Source of the DNA: Microthyrium microscopicum
Taxonomy: Eukaryota
Assembly (NCBI GenBank): GCA_010405405.1
Contig: MU004235.1
Coordinates: forward strand, 758,538 to 822,537
Direction: 5' to 3'
DNA: 64,000 nt
In this document: one piece after another, positions 13,290 through 26,052 of the stretch
Position numbering within the stretch: the first letter of the stretch is position 1
How the letters are laid out: every line of letters starts with the position of its first letter
Program-made: the position numbers and the translations under genes
The notes under the pieces: generated by a model
Databases searched by the model: none
The model's input: only the letters and a program-made list of their open reading frames with translations
What the model was told of the DNA's origin: nothing

Positions 13290-14218
13290 TCATACAGCTG
13301 ATGCAAAAGACGCCAACGCCGTACACGAAGACCAAAAACAACCAGTGTGCGTGTCACCAAATAAATAAAGAACGCAACAATACCAGACCCGAAATGCTCG
13401 TAGCCCGTAGGCAATCAAAACTCCTGCTCTAAAGACTGACTTCGCAACAGAACTCTCCAAAACACACTCCAAGAAAAACAAACTCCAAGAAAAACTCAAT
13501 AGTTTACCCGGGTCGTCAAAGGTGTCGATTCGGGTCTTTTTGAACCCTTCGGGAAGGCGTGATATGTCTACTTTGGGCTGTCTTTGTAGCTTTGGTGTGG
13601 GTCGCGGTACCCGCTTTGGGAGGCCGCGCGTCGTCGATAGTGGTGAGATGATGATGATTTCGAAGTTTCTACTTGAGCATTAGTATATCATACAAAGAGA
13701 GAGTTACTTATTTATCAGCAAATCGCAAATGTTGGAGGGGCTTTTCCCTCGAATGGAAAAAGCGAGAGAGCCGTCCATATTTGGCTCGCCCGAGCCTGCT
13801 CTTTGATCCTTGGTCGAGGGCTGGGAGGTGGCAACCTCTGTCTATCAGAGTGTTAGCTGAAGCTGGTTAAAGAGCGATGAGGACCATAAAACTCAGAGAG
13901 ACATGAGGTCAATGGAGCTTTGCGGACCAGGAAATGTCATGAGTGATGGTACTGTGGTAGTGATGGAGTTGTGGGAATGTTGGCGCTGTAAGGTTGATGG
14001 AGCTTTGAGACCTTTGGCTATGAATGACAGCTTTGATTTGGGCGGGTCGTGGAGAATGATGGAGCGGTGAGATTCGTACGAGCTGTGAGATAGATGGGAG
14101 CTGTGAAAGCGCCGAATGTGGTTGTGAGAGAGATGGGCTCGCGAGGATGAAGGTGACGTGAACTTAGAGACTTACCGTTGAGGCGGCTATGCCGTAGTGT
14201 AAGCAGAAGGCCGATCGT
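13290..14218 (-). pseudogene. Disabled copy 1 of the MGCGP small-protein family
   Basis: Exons 14218-14176, 13841-13712, 13668-13290; shares RLGRAKY and IIISPLSTTRGLPKR with 21545-22960; start is ACG, second donor is ATAAGT. Confidence 0.7.
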
Positions 14219-15514
14219 TGTTAAGGATGCGTTATGGATACGGATATTGATGGAAAAAGGATATAATGTGAGTGATGGATGGACTGTGGAGTTCTTGAAA
14301 TGAAGAGGGGTTGAGAACGAGACGGGATGAGACTGATTCGCAAGACATGGGCCGAATGAAAGAAGTGAGGCGATGGAAGTACCAACCTGGTAGTAATTTG
14401 GGAGGAAGCAGAGATGTGGCACATAAAGGTTGTCTTGGGTAGAAGTAAAGGAAGAGCTACGTTGATAAAGCCTAGCGGCACTAAGATACTCTTGACTAAA
14501 AAAGAGAATTAATTTACTGGGCAGCAGGAGAAATGTAGTTCATTGCGGCTGTGTAGCGTGTACAGTACTGTATGCTCAATACAATCTCGTCTCGTCGAGG
14601 TTTTGGAAATTGTTCAAATTGGAGTGAGTGGCAGTGATTTCTTTGACCTTCATTGTTGACGCTTGTCTACCATCAGATACATTTCAACTACAATTTGAAA
14701 CATGGAAACAGAGGCTTATGCTTGGAGGAATACTCTGGCAGCTGGCATAATTATCGAAGGGACAACGCAACTAGTTTACAATTGTTGACGCAAAAGGGGG
14801 GGCCTGTACTTACGTTGTTGTAGTCGGTACTACCTTAATGGACCAAACTCCTTTGTAGCTTTCATCTTTTTTGCAAGAACATATGATCAACAGCCAGCAC
14901 GGATTGGGACTCTCTGACTTGTCTGACTGAGTAAGTAGGTACACCTAGAGCACCTTCGCAGTTGGGTTGATACACAGCTGAAGCTAATTATGCCTGCCAA
15001 TAATGTCTTTATACACGTATCATGTATGAGATTTCCTGGGCTAATCGGCAGTGACTACAAGGCTCTTATGATTTCTAGTTCCGTAGACTTTTATCATGCC
15101 ACACCCAAACACAACGGCTTGATTGCCAACCCTTAGAAGGTGACGAAGCGGAGAGGCTCGGCATGGCAGACAGATTCAGTCTGTGGACGAATTGCTACTT
15201 GTTAGATACACGAAGGAGGCTTCTACTGTATGCAATTTTCAATTGCCCATCTCAAGTGCATCCGTCCCTTCGCTTAACTCTAGGCAAGACACCCTGTTTG
15301 GGAAGGAACAATGAATCATTCTGATATTACGTTCCACCGTCTTGGGAAAGAGCATTCTGAATTTCTGATGCTATCAAAATTTCAAGATGTTCCTTCCTAG
15401 CTCATCCTCTCGTCTCTCTTGCATCCTCCTCTCTGTTTTTTCCTGTCTGCTCTCTCGCCTCTTCAAAACATCTTTCTCCCCTCACTTTCATATCTCTTGT
15501 TCCGCTCCCTCTAC

Positions 15515-17400
15515 TTTGTCTAGCCTTCCGCCATTGTAGACAGGCACTGTATGATGACAATAGATATTACTTCACCCCCGATCTAATATCTCATCATTCA
15601 ATTGGCGGCTTGACCAATTGTCTTATTCTAAAGCAACGGGATCTGGTCTTGGTGAGCCAGTAACCGTCCACTGCTATCATCCTTTCAACTTTTCAACCCT
15701 TTTTCAACCTTTTTCTTCTTTTTTCCGACAATTCTCAACACATTTCTCATCACACCCATCCGCCAACATGGGTTGTGGACCGACTCTAGCACCATCCGAG
15801 TACGAAATTTTGATTATATTCGATGGCTTGGCCAGCAGCTTCAATGATTTCTTCTTCTTCTTCTTTTGTCTAGCCCTCACGCAATGTGGACAACAGGTAT
15901 TACTGTGGCCCCTGGCAAGCCCGCCATTTTTGCAGACCCAGCATAATGACAATAGGTATGCATGTTCTCGTCCCACCCTCCTACCATCAAGATTCTTCTC
16001 CTCTATCTGCTATGAGCTGACTTCTACTAGATATAGCTGAACCCACGGCAATATCGAATCTGATTGTTGGCTTAAGCAATCAGTTTCAATCTAAAGCAGC
16101 TGTCCCTGGTGTGGTGAGCCAGAACTGTCGACTACTATCACCTCAAACCAACTTCTTCAACTTTTTTCCCACTTTTTTCTTTACTTTTCGACATTTTTCA
16201 ACCCTTTTCTTTTCATCCATCCTTCAAAATTGGTTGCGGACCGTCCAGCATCATCGGAGTACGATATCTCGACCTTATGTAGTGGCTGGACCAGCAGCTT
16301 CCATTAGCAACGGGTTCAATTCTTATTGGAATCAGAGCTATAACCCTGGTCAATTATCACCTCAAATCAGCTCCAAGCATCGGAGCCCTTCTGCTTCCTC
16401 TTCGTTTCTCCTTCTTCTTCTCCTTCTTTTGTCCAGCCTTCGGGCATTGTAGACAACAGGTATACTCCTGCGGCCCTGGCAATCCTGCCATTCAGGTCTG
16501 TATCTTCTAATCTCATTCTGCTATCATCTCACCCTCACGCAATCTCGCCCTTCTATCATCAAGTCCCTCTCTCCCATTGGCCATATGCTAACGTCTACCT
16601 AGTTGTTGCTGCACCCGAGTGATAACGGCACTTTGGTTGGTGGCTTGCCAGCAGCAGTTCCTGGCCCGATGAGCCAAGAACTTTCGACCACAGATCAATC
16701 TGTTCTCGGCCTTTTCTTCTTCTTTTCGAGAGTGAATAGCCTCTTCTTCTACACACATCATTCGAATCAGGTTGTGAATCCTCTAGATCCTACTGCGACC
16801 CCGGCAATCTAGCAGCAGGATATTGTCTGCAGACATAGGTATATATCTTCTTATGCTACTCTACCCTTGTATTATCAAGATTCTTCTTTTCTATAGGCCA
16901 TATACTATGACTATCAACCTTTCTCGCATTATACCCACCCGCCGACATAGGTTGTGGACCCACTTAAGCACCATACGAGTACGAGACCCTATTTGGTGGC
17001 TAGACTAGCAGCGTTAATGATTTCACCATCTTCTTATTTTGTCTAGCCCTTACGCAATGTAGACAACAGGTATTACTGTGGCCCTGGTAATCCAGCACGC
17101 AAGGCACCGCGTGCGGGCAATAGGTGTGTTCTTATCTTACCCCCTATCATCAAACATCAAAGTTCTCGTTCATTGCACCTTATGCTAACTTCTGCCCAGT
17201 TGTTGCTAGTCTTCGAAAATATCGACTCTATTTGGCAGCTTGACCAAACAGTTTTGAACTATGGCAACCGGGTCTAGTTCTGGTGAGCCATTACCGTGGA
17301 CTGCTATTACCACAAACTCTCTATCAACCACTTCCTCCTCTCAGGCTTCAGCTATTTGACAATATGGGCTTAAGTTTAACGATGCCATCCGGACATGATA
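15515..17400 (+). repeat. Degenerate tandem array (~4 units, 350-610 bp) of the 5'UTR and first codons of the MGCGP gene
   Basis: Anchor tttgtc(t/c)agcc at 15515, 15865, 16428, 17038; GACAACAG/GTA donors; tggtgagcc block and GGTTG(T/C)GGACC recur; similar to 21200-21560. Confidence 0.85.
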
Positions 17401-20400
17401 TGCCGATTCTACCTAGTGGCTCGCCTTGGTACGTACGTCCAAGACAAAGCGGTACTTCCTGGTTCAGACGAACCGGGACTGTCAATGCCTATCATCATTC
17501 ATCACCAGTCAATCCTCCAGCTTCATCAAATCTACTGAGTGCCTCAACGGCCACTTGCACTGAGCAACGTTCTCTGGACTTAGTAAGGCAGAGTCGTGTA
17601 GAAGGTATCATCGTTCGCCAGATCTGAATTGTTACAAAACTATCTTCCTCATTTCATTTGCCAAAGTGGGCTGGTTTTCTTCCGAATTGCCACACGACTG
17701 TTATGTCGGTAAGTTTTCATTTGGCTATCACCAGCCCGATGGCCATTCAAGCCTTGACAAGACTATTCCGTCAAGGATAACAAGCTGATTCTGACAGTTG
17801 CATCTTGGACATTATCCGAGCTTCCCACTAGCAAGTACACAAATCTTGCCTCCCGTCGCTCTTGCAGCATATCTCGCCACCTTTGAACCTTTACCTTCGA
17901 GCTCATCTCCATACCGAAGGCTACTCAGACTATACGCGTTTTCGAACCTACCATTCATGAACCTGTGCTCTTATGGATGAGAATATGGCAGCCTCATTGG
18001 CTCAATCACCATTCCTGCTCCAGCGCCTTCTGTAATACAGTCCATGGAGTAACGAGAAACCATCAAATGAACGTGCCAACCAGGCCGAAGTCTTGATCGA
18101 TCAGGACTTGAAGTCGCTCCACCGTATCGTGACGCTGGTTTGCGGTGAAGGTAATTGATGAATTGCGTTGCAGTCAAGTTTACTCTGGGCTTTGATTTCG
18201 GGGCTGTTTTGGAATCTCCGCTGGGGTTTTGCTTGGAATTGTTGTAAGATCTAGTTCTAGAATTTGCCGTGGCGAATTGACTTGAATTTTGCCTCGAGAC
18301 CTGTATTAATCGTATCACTTTGGCTTCCGAATGTGTCTACAGGTTTTTGCTTCCTTCTCCAGGACACAACGCGTGAGATGTTACGTTACACAGCAGCAAT
18401 GGTCCCGAAGGGCGGCCACTTTCTCTTGGGAAGGATCCCTACCGTCAAGGCTGGAATTCTACGCAGGCTGGGCAGCTGAAGATACGCAGTCCTTCTTGCG
18501 TTTCCAGGCCGCACCGTTTGCCTTTGGTATGGACCGGGATCTGTATTTGATACTACTAAGCTAGGCAATTCGCGTTCATATTAACGCCAGTACTTCCCTT
18601 TTTTCTTACCATTTTCAAATATTGTAACGACGATTCTCTTTTTTTTTTTTTGCCGGCCTTCAACCTACTACGGCTCAATTTCACTGCAATGTCGCTAATG
18701 TTGTCGATTCCCGTGCACCGTCAGGTGGGTTCAGTGGTGCATCGGCTTCAAACTGGCTCCCAGATGCAGGTGTTGAATATCTGGTCGACTCAATCAAAAA
18801 CAAAAGCGACAAGTCAGCCCAAAGGTCGACTGCGCGAGTACAGCCTATCAGACTGGTGCCAGTTGTTATGTCATTTCCGGCTTCTACGTCTGGTCAATCT
18901 CACTTCGGGCGACTTCCTGGACAGTAATGGGGTCACTGGCAACTTGAAGAACAATATCTACACCATGGATAATGGACAAACAACTACACTTGCATCATCC
19001 GTCACGGCTTGCCCAACTCCTAGCCCCGCTGTCAGCGCTACCAACACACCCAACAGGTCGAGTCTGAGTTCGGACTTCGGACACGGACATAATTGGAACA
19101 TTCTCTCACTGGGATTGGGACCATGACTGGAATTCTAGCAATCTTGGGCAACGCTCGATCGAGATGCGTTCAGCTCAAATACGTTCCAGAACTAAGGCAC
19201 GAGGAGCCTTAACGTTCACAGGCCTCGGACGGCTACGGCACAGGATCAGGCAATTGGAGACACCGGCCTGCAGGAAAGAACTAGTTTCTTGGTTGTCACG
19301 CATAGTGCGGGAAGAATATATGAAGACTTCTAAGTTATATTTGAACCCCCAATTCTAAGGTGTTTCTAACCAAGTAGCTGTGGATCAAGGTTGTGCTAAC
19401 AATAAAATCATGGGTTCTCTAGATTTATTTTAGCATGGGATTTTAGCATGGGATGCCTGAGCCAGGCACAACGATTATAACTCCTACAACTCGCAGCATA
19501 TTATTCTAACTGACACAAATCAAGCCGCTTCTAGAATATCAAAGTGAATAAAATACTTCTCAGGTCAAGTACCTTAAACCGCGATGCACAAGCAGCCAAC
19601 AGCCTTTGATCCGAGTTGCGGTTCGATGGTCTTCTTTTTGTGCGGATGTTACGTGACCCAACATGATACCCTTCATATACTGTCAAAGCCATGATGATGT
19701 TCAAGACGGAGAGTGAAGAAGCACGAGTACGTTTGCAGCACCACAACGTATGATCAGATGCCATAGGTAGAAGAGTACAAAACGCGCTTATGAGTTATAA
19801 CCTCGAGGAGAAGATGTATGGAAGCAAATCGGTGGTACATATGTTGTTGACGCTGCACGTGTTTGTCGCAAAGGTCTTTGGTTTCCGGGAATCTAGTACA
19901 TGATAGCGTCGCGGAGGACCGTCAAATCAGACGTTTCAGTATAGAGAAATACCGAGGGGAAGGTGAGCTTGGAAATGCTTGGAACGCTATCTGTTGGTTG
20001 ACTAAATAGTGACACAACCACAATCTCGCGTACCGAGGCAGGTTATTGACGCCAGAGCATTGGAGTACACAGAGATCGACATGATGATCTTGAGGAGCAT
20101 GATTTCAGAATAAGGGGTGGAAAGATATCGATAAGGGTAGCCAGTAGGTGGGCCGAGTAACGGAGCTGCATTTACTTCATTGGATTGTCCGCGCTTTGGC
20201 ATTTTGGAAGTCAAAGGGCATGCTACTGAGAACTCGAGGCGGTACCTGTGTAGAGGTGGCAGTCATGGTTCCGAGTAGATCGCGTGCAGAAATCGCTAAA
20301 TTCCACAGGGGGCAGGGGCGTAGCATGCAGGCGGGTAGGCGGGAAGGGCTGGCGGATGGGCCCGCTATCTCACCGGTTGTGGCAGGCGCGCTCTCGATGA

Positions 20401-21544
20401 CAGGGTTGACACATTTGTGTGGGGATCTTTAGACGACATGTCTTGATTCCAACTTCATGTGAAATCGTTTACAGCTGCTTATTCATTCTCCCCAGCTTTT
20501 CATTTGTAAATGCTGCTATGATTGCTGTGGTGGAGGTATACCGCTAGGTCAGTGGTCATAGCGAATGTCAAAATACCGATGTGTGCTAAGTAATATATGC
20601 GCTGCGCAGCCATACGTAATCCTCGCTCGCAAAGCTCAAGGTGCCCACTATCTTTCGCATCAATTGCAGTTCAATTCTATTGAGATCGAAATAAACTGAA
20701 AATCGGGTTGCTATTATTGTAATTGAGTACTTGGGTATTTTCAATTCCTCAAAATTGGGTCCAACATCTCATAATGTTTCAGTGACTTCGAAACAATATT
20801 GGAATATGGGTGCGCTGCTCCATAAATTTATTGTGCTTAATTTTGCATACACAGAACTAATTTCTGCTCATATCAGACGACACATGCCTTCCTTATTGCG
20901 CTTAGCGTAGCAATGCGTTATGTCGCAGATGCAGTGTTCATGGGTACGCAAAGCTGTTTGATGGTAAGCTAAAATTCTTGACCTGGCATCAACGCAACCT
21001 CTAAGGCATACGATTCGCGAAAAGCCTTTCCCGCAGCATCAACTCCACTTCTAGTGTCTGCGATTGGTGGTCAACCATACACTGCAACAAAACGGCATAA
21101 TAATTGATTTGCACCATAGCAATGCACCACATCACGTATGGTCCAAGCGGCTACTGGAGGGGTATAACCGCCCGTCCCTTCTCAATTTTCTTCCTCTCTT
21201 CTTCTTCTTTTTTCCAGCCGGAAGGCACAGTATGCAGACAACAGGTAAGCAGCCTCCCATCACACATTCCCATCAAACATGATCTTTCCCATCTCACTTG
21301 AACTTTCCCATCGCATTTGAACTCATATGCTAACTTCTACTAGATATAGCTCAACCCCGTAGTATATCTGACTCCGTCCTGGCGGCTTGACCAGGCGGTT
21401 TGAATCTAAAGCAACGTGACCCAGTTCTGGTGAGCTGGCAGCGTCGACTATTATCACCACCCCCAATTCTCAACACTTTTTTTCCCTTTTTTCATTTTTT
21501 TTTCGACAATTTTTTTACCTTTTCATCTCTACCCATCCTTCAAA

Positions 21545-22960
21545 ATGGGTTGCGGACCATCCAAACAGCAGTATGACTGCTGGGACAGTAAGTTGCTAAC
21601 CTCCCATTGCACTTCATCTTTCCCATTACACTTCATCTTTCCCATTGCACTTCATCTTTCCCATTGCACTTCATCTTTCCCATTGCACTTCATCTTTCCC
21701 ATTGCACTTCATCTTTCCCATTGCACTTCATCTTTCCCATTGCACTTCATGGCTACCATCGCATTTGATGGCATTCCATCGACGAGATCCAAAAACTGCA
21801 ATTTTTCGCAATTTTGGCATTGTCCCATGAAATTCCATCACCCTTCCTGGCGCCCATCTCACCTCATGGCACCCATCTCACTTCATGGCTATCATCGCAT
21901 TCGATGGCATTCCATTGACGAGACCCAAAAATTGCACTCTTGTGCGATTCTGGCATCGTCTCATCACCCCTCATGGCGCCCATCTCACTTGATGGGTACC
22001 ATCGCATTCGATGCTTTTTCATTCCAAAGATCCAGAATCTGCATTTTTCACAGTTTTGCGCTCTTCTCGGAAACCTCCATCACTTTTCATGGGCCCCATC
22101 GCGGCTCATGGCTACCATCGCATTCGATGGGATTCTACAGCAATTTCCGCAATGATCATTTTCTTGACATTTTTGGATCTTGTTCTGCCACAACATCGCT
22201 GCCTCTGGCGCCCATCGCACTCAATGGATACCATCGCACTCGATGGAATTTCATGTCAGAGACTCAAAATCTGCTTTTTTCCGCAGTTTTGGCATCTGGT
22301 CATGAAATGCTATCACCCTTGATGGCTCCCATCGCAATTCATGGCTCTCATCGCACTTCATGGCTCCCATCGCATCTCATGGGAATTTTGACTAACCTCA
22401 TTTCAGAGCTAGATCTTTTCCTGCCGACAGATGTCACGACGTTTGAGACCTCGACAAACGGCAAAATCTCAGAAAAATGTCGTTTGACAAGGCTCGGACG
22501 AGCCAAATACATGGCTCAAGTGAACCCAAAACCAACCTTGACACGAAAACCTGGAATTTTCTCGCGGGTTTTTCGAAAGCCCGAGGAAAAACCCTCAAAA
22601 GAAGTCCATTTTGATGATGAGTAAGTGATCTCTTCTTTCCCATCCACTTCGCTGGCCAATATCACCTTCGGTATTGATCAAGCTCTCTCTCTCCCCCATT
22701 GCACTCGATGGGAATTATCGACTGCTTTCTTTGCCATGGCATTTGATGGAATATGCTAACGCTCAAGCAGAAATATCAAATTCATCATTATCTCGCCACT
22801 CTCAACATTCCGCGCACTCCCAAAGCGCACACCACGACCTATACCACGACCAAAACCGCAACAGCAACCGCACCGACTGCCAAAAGCAGCAACATCACGA
22901 CTTCCGAAAGGAGTCACCAAACCCAAAATCGACACCTTGGACGACCGGGTCAACCTTTGA
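21545..22960 (+). CDS. Hypothetical ~148-aa basic Pro-rich protein with N-terminal MGC lipidation-type motif (intact family member)
   Basis: Exons 21545-21587, 22407-22620, 22771-22960 total 447 nt in frame, with canonical donors, branch sites and acceptors; 5'UTR intron from 21245. Confidence 0.7.
21603..21750 (+). repeat. 19-bp minisatellite (cccattgcacttcatcttt) x ~7.8
   Basis: Near-perfect tandem copies, one substitution. Confidence 0.97.
21749..22383 (+). repeat. Higher-order ~116-bp repeat with a ccatc-N6-gatgg hairpin core
   Basis: atggctaccatcgcattcgatgg variants at 21749, 21885, 21992, 22108, 22224; 19-bp periodicity again at 22322, 22341, 22360. Confidence 0.85.
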
Positions 22961-23016
22961 GTTTTTTGGAGAGTTTTTTGGAGAGTGTTTTGGAGAGTTT
23001 TTTGGAGAGTTTTTTT
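22959..23016 (+). repeat. 12-bp tandem repeat (gagttttttgga) x ~5
   Basis: Directly visible just after the stop codon of the MGCGP gene. Confidence 0.85.
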
Positions 23017-23721
23017 GCAAAGTCAGTCATTGGAGCGGGAGTTTTCATTGCCTACGGGCATTTTTGGGGCTTGTAGATTAGCATTTTTCAGTATTCCATC
23101 ACTCTGCACATTCGCTTGTAGAAATGAAAGTCATTCACTGAAAGAATTGTACAATTGATCGTGTGCACTGAACAAACAAGTCAACTAATTGCTAAGCATA
23201 GCCCATGTCGTTTTTACCCATACAAATAAACCGTCAATCAATACAGCATCGCAATCATGCAGTTCCCAGTCGCCAACAAAAAGAAAAACTAACTATTTCA
23301 AACACTCGGAGCACTTGCTGTAGTCTTGTGCGCAGAGAGATGAGCAAGAGAAGACAAGGTCCACCGAAAAGTTAGAAAAGCAAGTGGGTATTTCCATCAT
23401 CATTAATCGTGTTGACCTTGGGGTCTGCCAAAAACATGTGTCAAGTTCCATTCCATTGCGCCGTTGCAAATGATACTGTCGAATCGTGATTACAAAAAGA
23501 AAAGAGGATGGTCGGTCATAGTGATATCGTGGGGGATCATATGAGTGTCGTTTCGAGTAACAGCATGCCCAGAAGTGGCGTGATGCAAAATGAATGAGAC
23601 CCATCCAAGGAGTCGTTTGTCCAATGCTGACATGGCGGATCGTAATATAATGATCATCGAGTCGTGCAGTCATAGCATCATGATCGTGCTTCGTGGCCAT
23701 ATTCTCTCCAAGTGAGAATAA

Positions 23722-26052
23722 TCAGAACATGGTAGTGGAGCGACGAATGAAGTTGCCCTGATTTGGTCGCGATTGTCGCGATGGACGAGTCGGGCTAGGC
23801 ATGGGAGCTGGATAATCCCAGTGAGGAGGAGCAAGATGCTGAATATTTTGCTGCAATGCTGCAACTGGTGCGGCAGCAGCAGCACCAATGCGCTGGAAAC
23901 CTTGAGTGATATCAACCCCGTTTTCAGAATCATCAGAGGGGAGGTTGAGAGCAAAGGAGATGTCGTCAAACCCATTGTCATCTTTAGTGGTAGCTTCCAA
24001 GAGGGTCTTCTTCAGAAACTTTGGTGTATTGAAAAGAGTTTCTTCCTCCACTGTAGACAAACGCTTGGATGGCGAGAACAAGCGCGGCGGTGAACGAAGT
24101 CCTTTGGTTGGAGACAGTGTAGGGGCTGGTCCCAGCTCAGGAATCGAATTGATCTTGCTGCTTGTGATATTGGCCAGGATATTAGCGGTAGTATTGGCTC
24201 GTTCAAGACGTGGACGTTTGGAGTTGCGTTCTGCTTGGGAGTTGGTACGAGCCCGGAGAGGCGAGCTGCGGGTCGGGGAAGCAAAGCCGTGTTCATCAAA
24301 GGAGAAGAATGTGCCAAAGTCGAGATCAGCCTCCATTGCAGGGGGCGCTGGTTGCATCCAATCCGAAATAGTTTTTGGAGTCGGGGGTGAAATTGGAGCC
24401 CACGAAACGTTGAATGCGTGGTGGCCAGGACTCGGCATGACACCAAGGTTTCTATCTGGCGAACCAAGCAGTCCCTTGAGATTTTTGCGATGCTCGTTGA
24501 GACTAGTGTTTGGAGAGACCGACATGGGGGGTTTGCCAGGCTTCTTAAACAGGCCTGGAGTTAGGGGAGCTTTGTGTGAAACACCATTACGGAATGGTGA
24601 AGATGAGATGCCTCCATTGCTTTGTCGAGGTTTAGAAGGGCTGTCATATGACGAACTACGAATACGAGCAATCTCTTCTTCAGCTCGACCCATTACGCGC
24701 ATTGGATGCTCGTTGTCTGCATCAGAGGTCAAGAATGGTCGGGGATTACGGCTCGCAGATGATTCTATCGATGAGTAGTAGCCGCTATCACCCATGCCAC
24801 CAATGGTTCGCTTTCGCTTGCGATTGGCTCCTGAAAGAGTCTTGGGTATCGCAAACTCTACAGCTGCTGGTGGGGTACCTTCTCGAACAGAAATGGCTGG
24901 AGGTGGTGAGGAATGAATATCTCCTGGGGGAGGCGATGAACGTGGAGCTTTGGCAGGAGGCGGCATTAAACTGGAATCCACAGCGATCCCTTCATGAATA
25001 GCTGGGTCAGAAGCAGGAATCGTGGCATCCGAAGATAATTCATCATCGGGAAATTTGGCCGAATCAACATTTTTTGAATCCACGAGCTGAGATGACATTG
25101 ATTGTGAAGTCGAGGGTCGTTTGTTGTGATTGGGATGAGGCATGCTGGAACCATATGTAGATGCTGGCTTTGGCTTTTCTTTCAAGAAGGTAGCTTCATG
25201 ACCTGGAACCACTCCCCAGTAATTTCCCTTGCCTGGATCGTCTTTTGGTCGAATGATCTTGACAAAAGCCTTGTTCAAGCTCAAGTTGTGACGGATGCTG
25301 TTCTGCCAGCCAGTTTCTGGAGCTCGGTAGAAGCTGTAAGAGTCCTGGATCCATTTGTATATTTGAGCCAGGGTGAGCTTGCGACTTGAAGATCTCATAA
25401 TGGCCGCTGCGATCAATTGCGAGTAGCTTAATGCCGGCTTGTTGCCATCGTCCTCAATGTCAGGCCAATTACCGGGATCAGGAATCGCAACCGGCTCCTC
25501 TGTGGTCTTTTCCTGCGAATGTTGGATCTTCTTTTGCTTTTTATTGGTGCTTTTCTCGCCCAAGGGAGCAGCAATAGCGGAGGAAGCGGATAACTTTCGC
25601 TTCAGAGTTCCTTGGTGCGACTCGTTGCCCACTCTATACACATTCTCCTTATCGAATTGTGTAAACTGAGGGAACGGGTACATGGAGATGTCCTCAAGAG
25701 ACTTTGGCATTACATGATTCGACATGGATTGGGGTAGGAGCTTCTTTTGAGGCGAGTCTGTTACAAATGATGAAGCTTCTGGGGGAGGGATAACTATATT
25801 GCGGAGGGATATCTTAGCATTGGGAAGAATAGAGGACGGCATATGACGCCAGATTTTCTTGGTTGGAGACCTACCACTGGAAGTAGAATATGATCCATGC
25901 TGGTTGTGTGATAGTTCTGATAACGGATTTGGAGGGAATTGATAGTTTATCGGCGAGGTTTCGTACGCAACAGAATGGTCTAGTTGAGTTGACACTGGAA
26001 GCGGATCTTGATAGATATCGAATGACTGCGTCACCCGACGCGTTGGAGACAT
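23722..26052 (-). CDS. sep1: Forkhead transcription factor, Sep1/Hcm1-like
   Basis: KPALSYSQLIAAAI...LTLAQIYKWI...WQNSIRHNLSLNKAF; many SP/TP sites; first ATG at 26052 (the ORF track starts at TTG 26187). Confidence 0.9.
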   Translation of the reverse strand: MSPTRRVTQSFDIYQDPLPVSTQLDHSVAYETSPINYQFPPNPLSELSHNQHGSYSTSSGRSPTKKIWRHMPSSILPNAKISLRNIVIPPPEASSFVTDSPQKKLLPQSMSNHVMPKSLEDISMYPFPQFTQFDKENVYRVGNESHQGTLKRKLSASSAIAAPLGEKSTNKKQKKIQHSQEKTTEEPVAIPDPGNWPDIEDDGNKPALSYSQLIAAAIMRSSSRKLTLAQIYKWIQDSYSFYRAPETGWQNSIRHNLSLNKAFVKIIRPKDDPGKGNYWGVVPGHEATFLKEKPKPASTYGSSMPHPNHNKRPSTSQSMSSQLVDSKNVDSAKFPDDELSSDATIPASDPAIHEGIAVDSSLMPPPAKAPRSSPPPGDIHSSPPPAISVREGTPPAAVEFAIPKTLSGANRKRKRTIGGMGDSGYYSSIESSASRNPRPFLTSDADNEHPMRVMGRAEEEIARIRSSSYDSPSKPRQSNGGISSSPFRNGVSHKAPLTPGLFKKPGKPPMSVSPNTSLNEHRKNLKGLLGSPDRNLGVMPSPGHHAFNVSWAPISPPTPKTISDWMQPAPPAMEADLDFGTFFSFDEHGFASPTRSSPLRARTNSQAERNSKRPRLERANTTANILANITSSKINSIPELGPAPTLSPTKGLRSPPRLFSPSKRLSTVEEETLFNTPKFLKKTLLEATTKDDNGFDDISFALNLPSDDSENGVDITQGFQRIGAAAAAPVAALQQNIQHLAPPHWDYPAPMPSPTRPSRQSRPNQGNFIRRSTTMF

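Noticed and set aside
17600..20500. Several short ORFs, e.g. 18650-19126
   Set aside because: No recognisable domains or consistent exon structure.
21749..22383. CRISPR-like look (palindromic ~23-bp repeats with spacers)
   Set aside because: Eukaryotic intron, spacers resemble each other and are 85-110 bp, repeats are degenerate, no cas genes.
23906..24778. 290-aa ORF on + strand
   Set aside because: Antisense shadow of the forkhead CDS.
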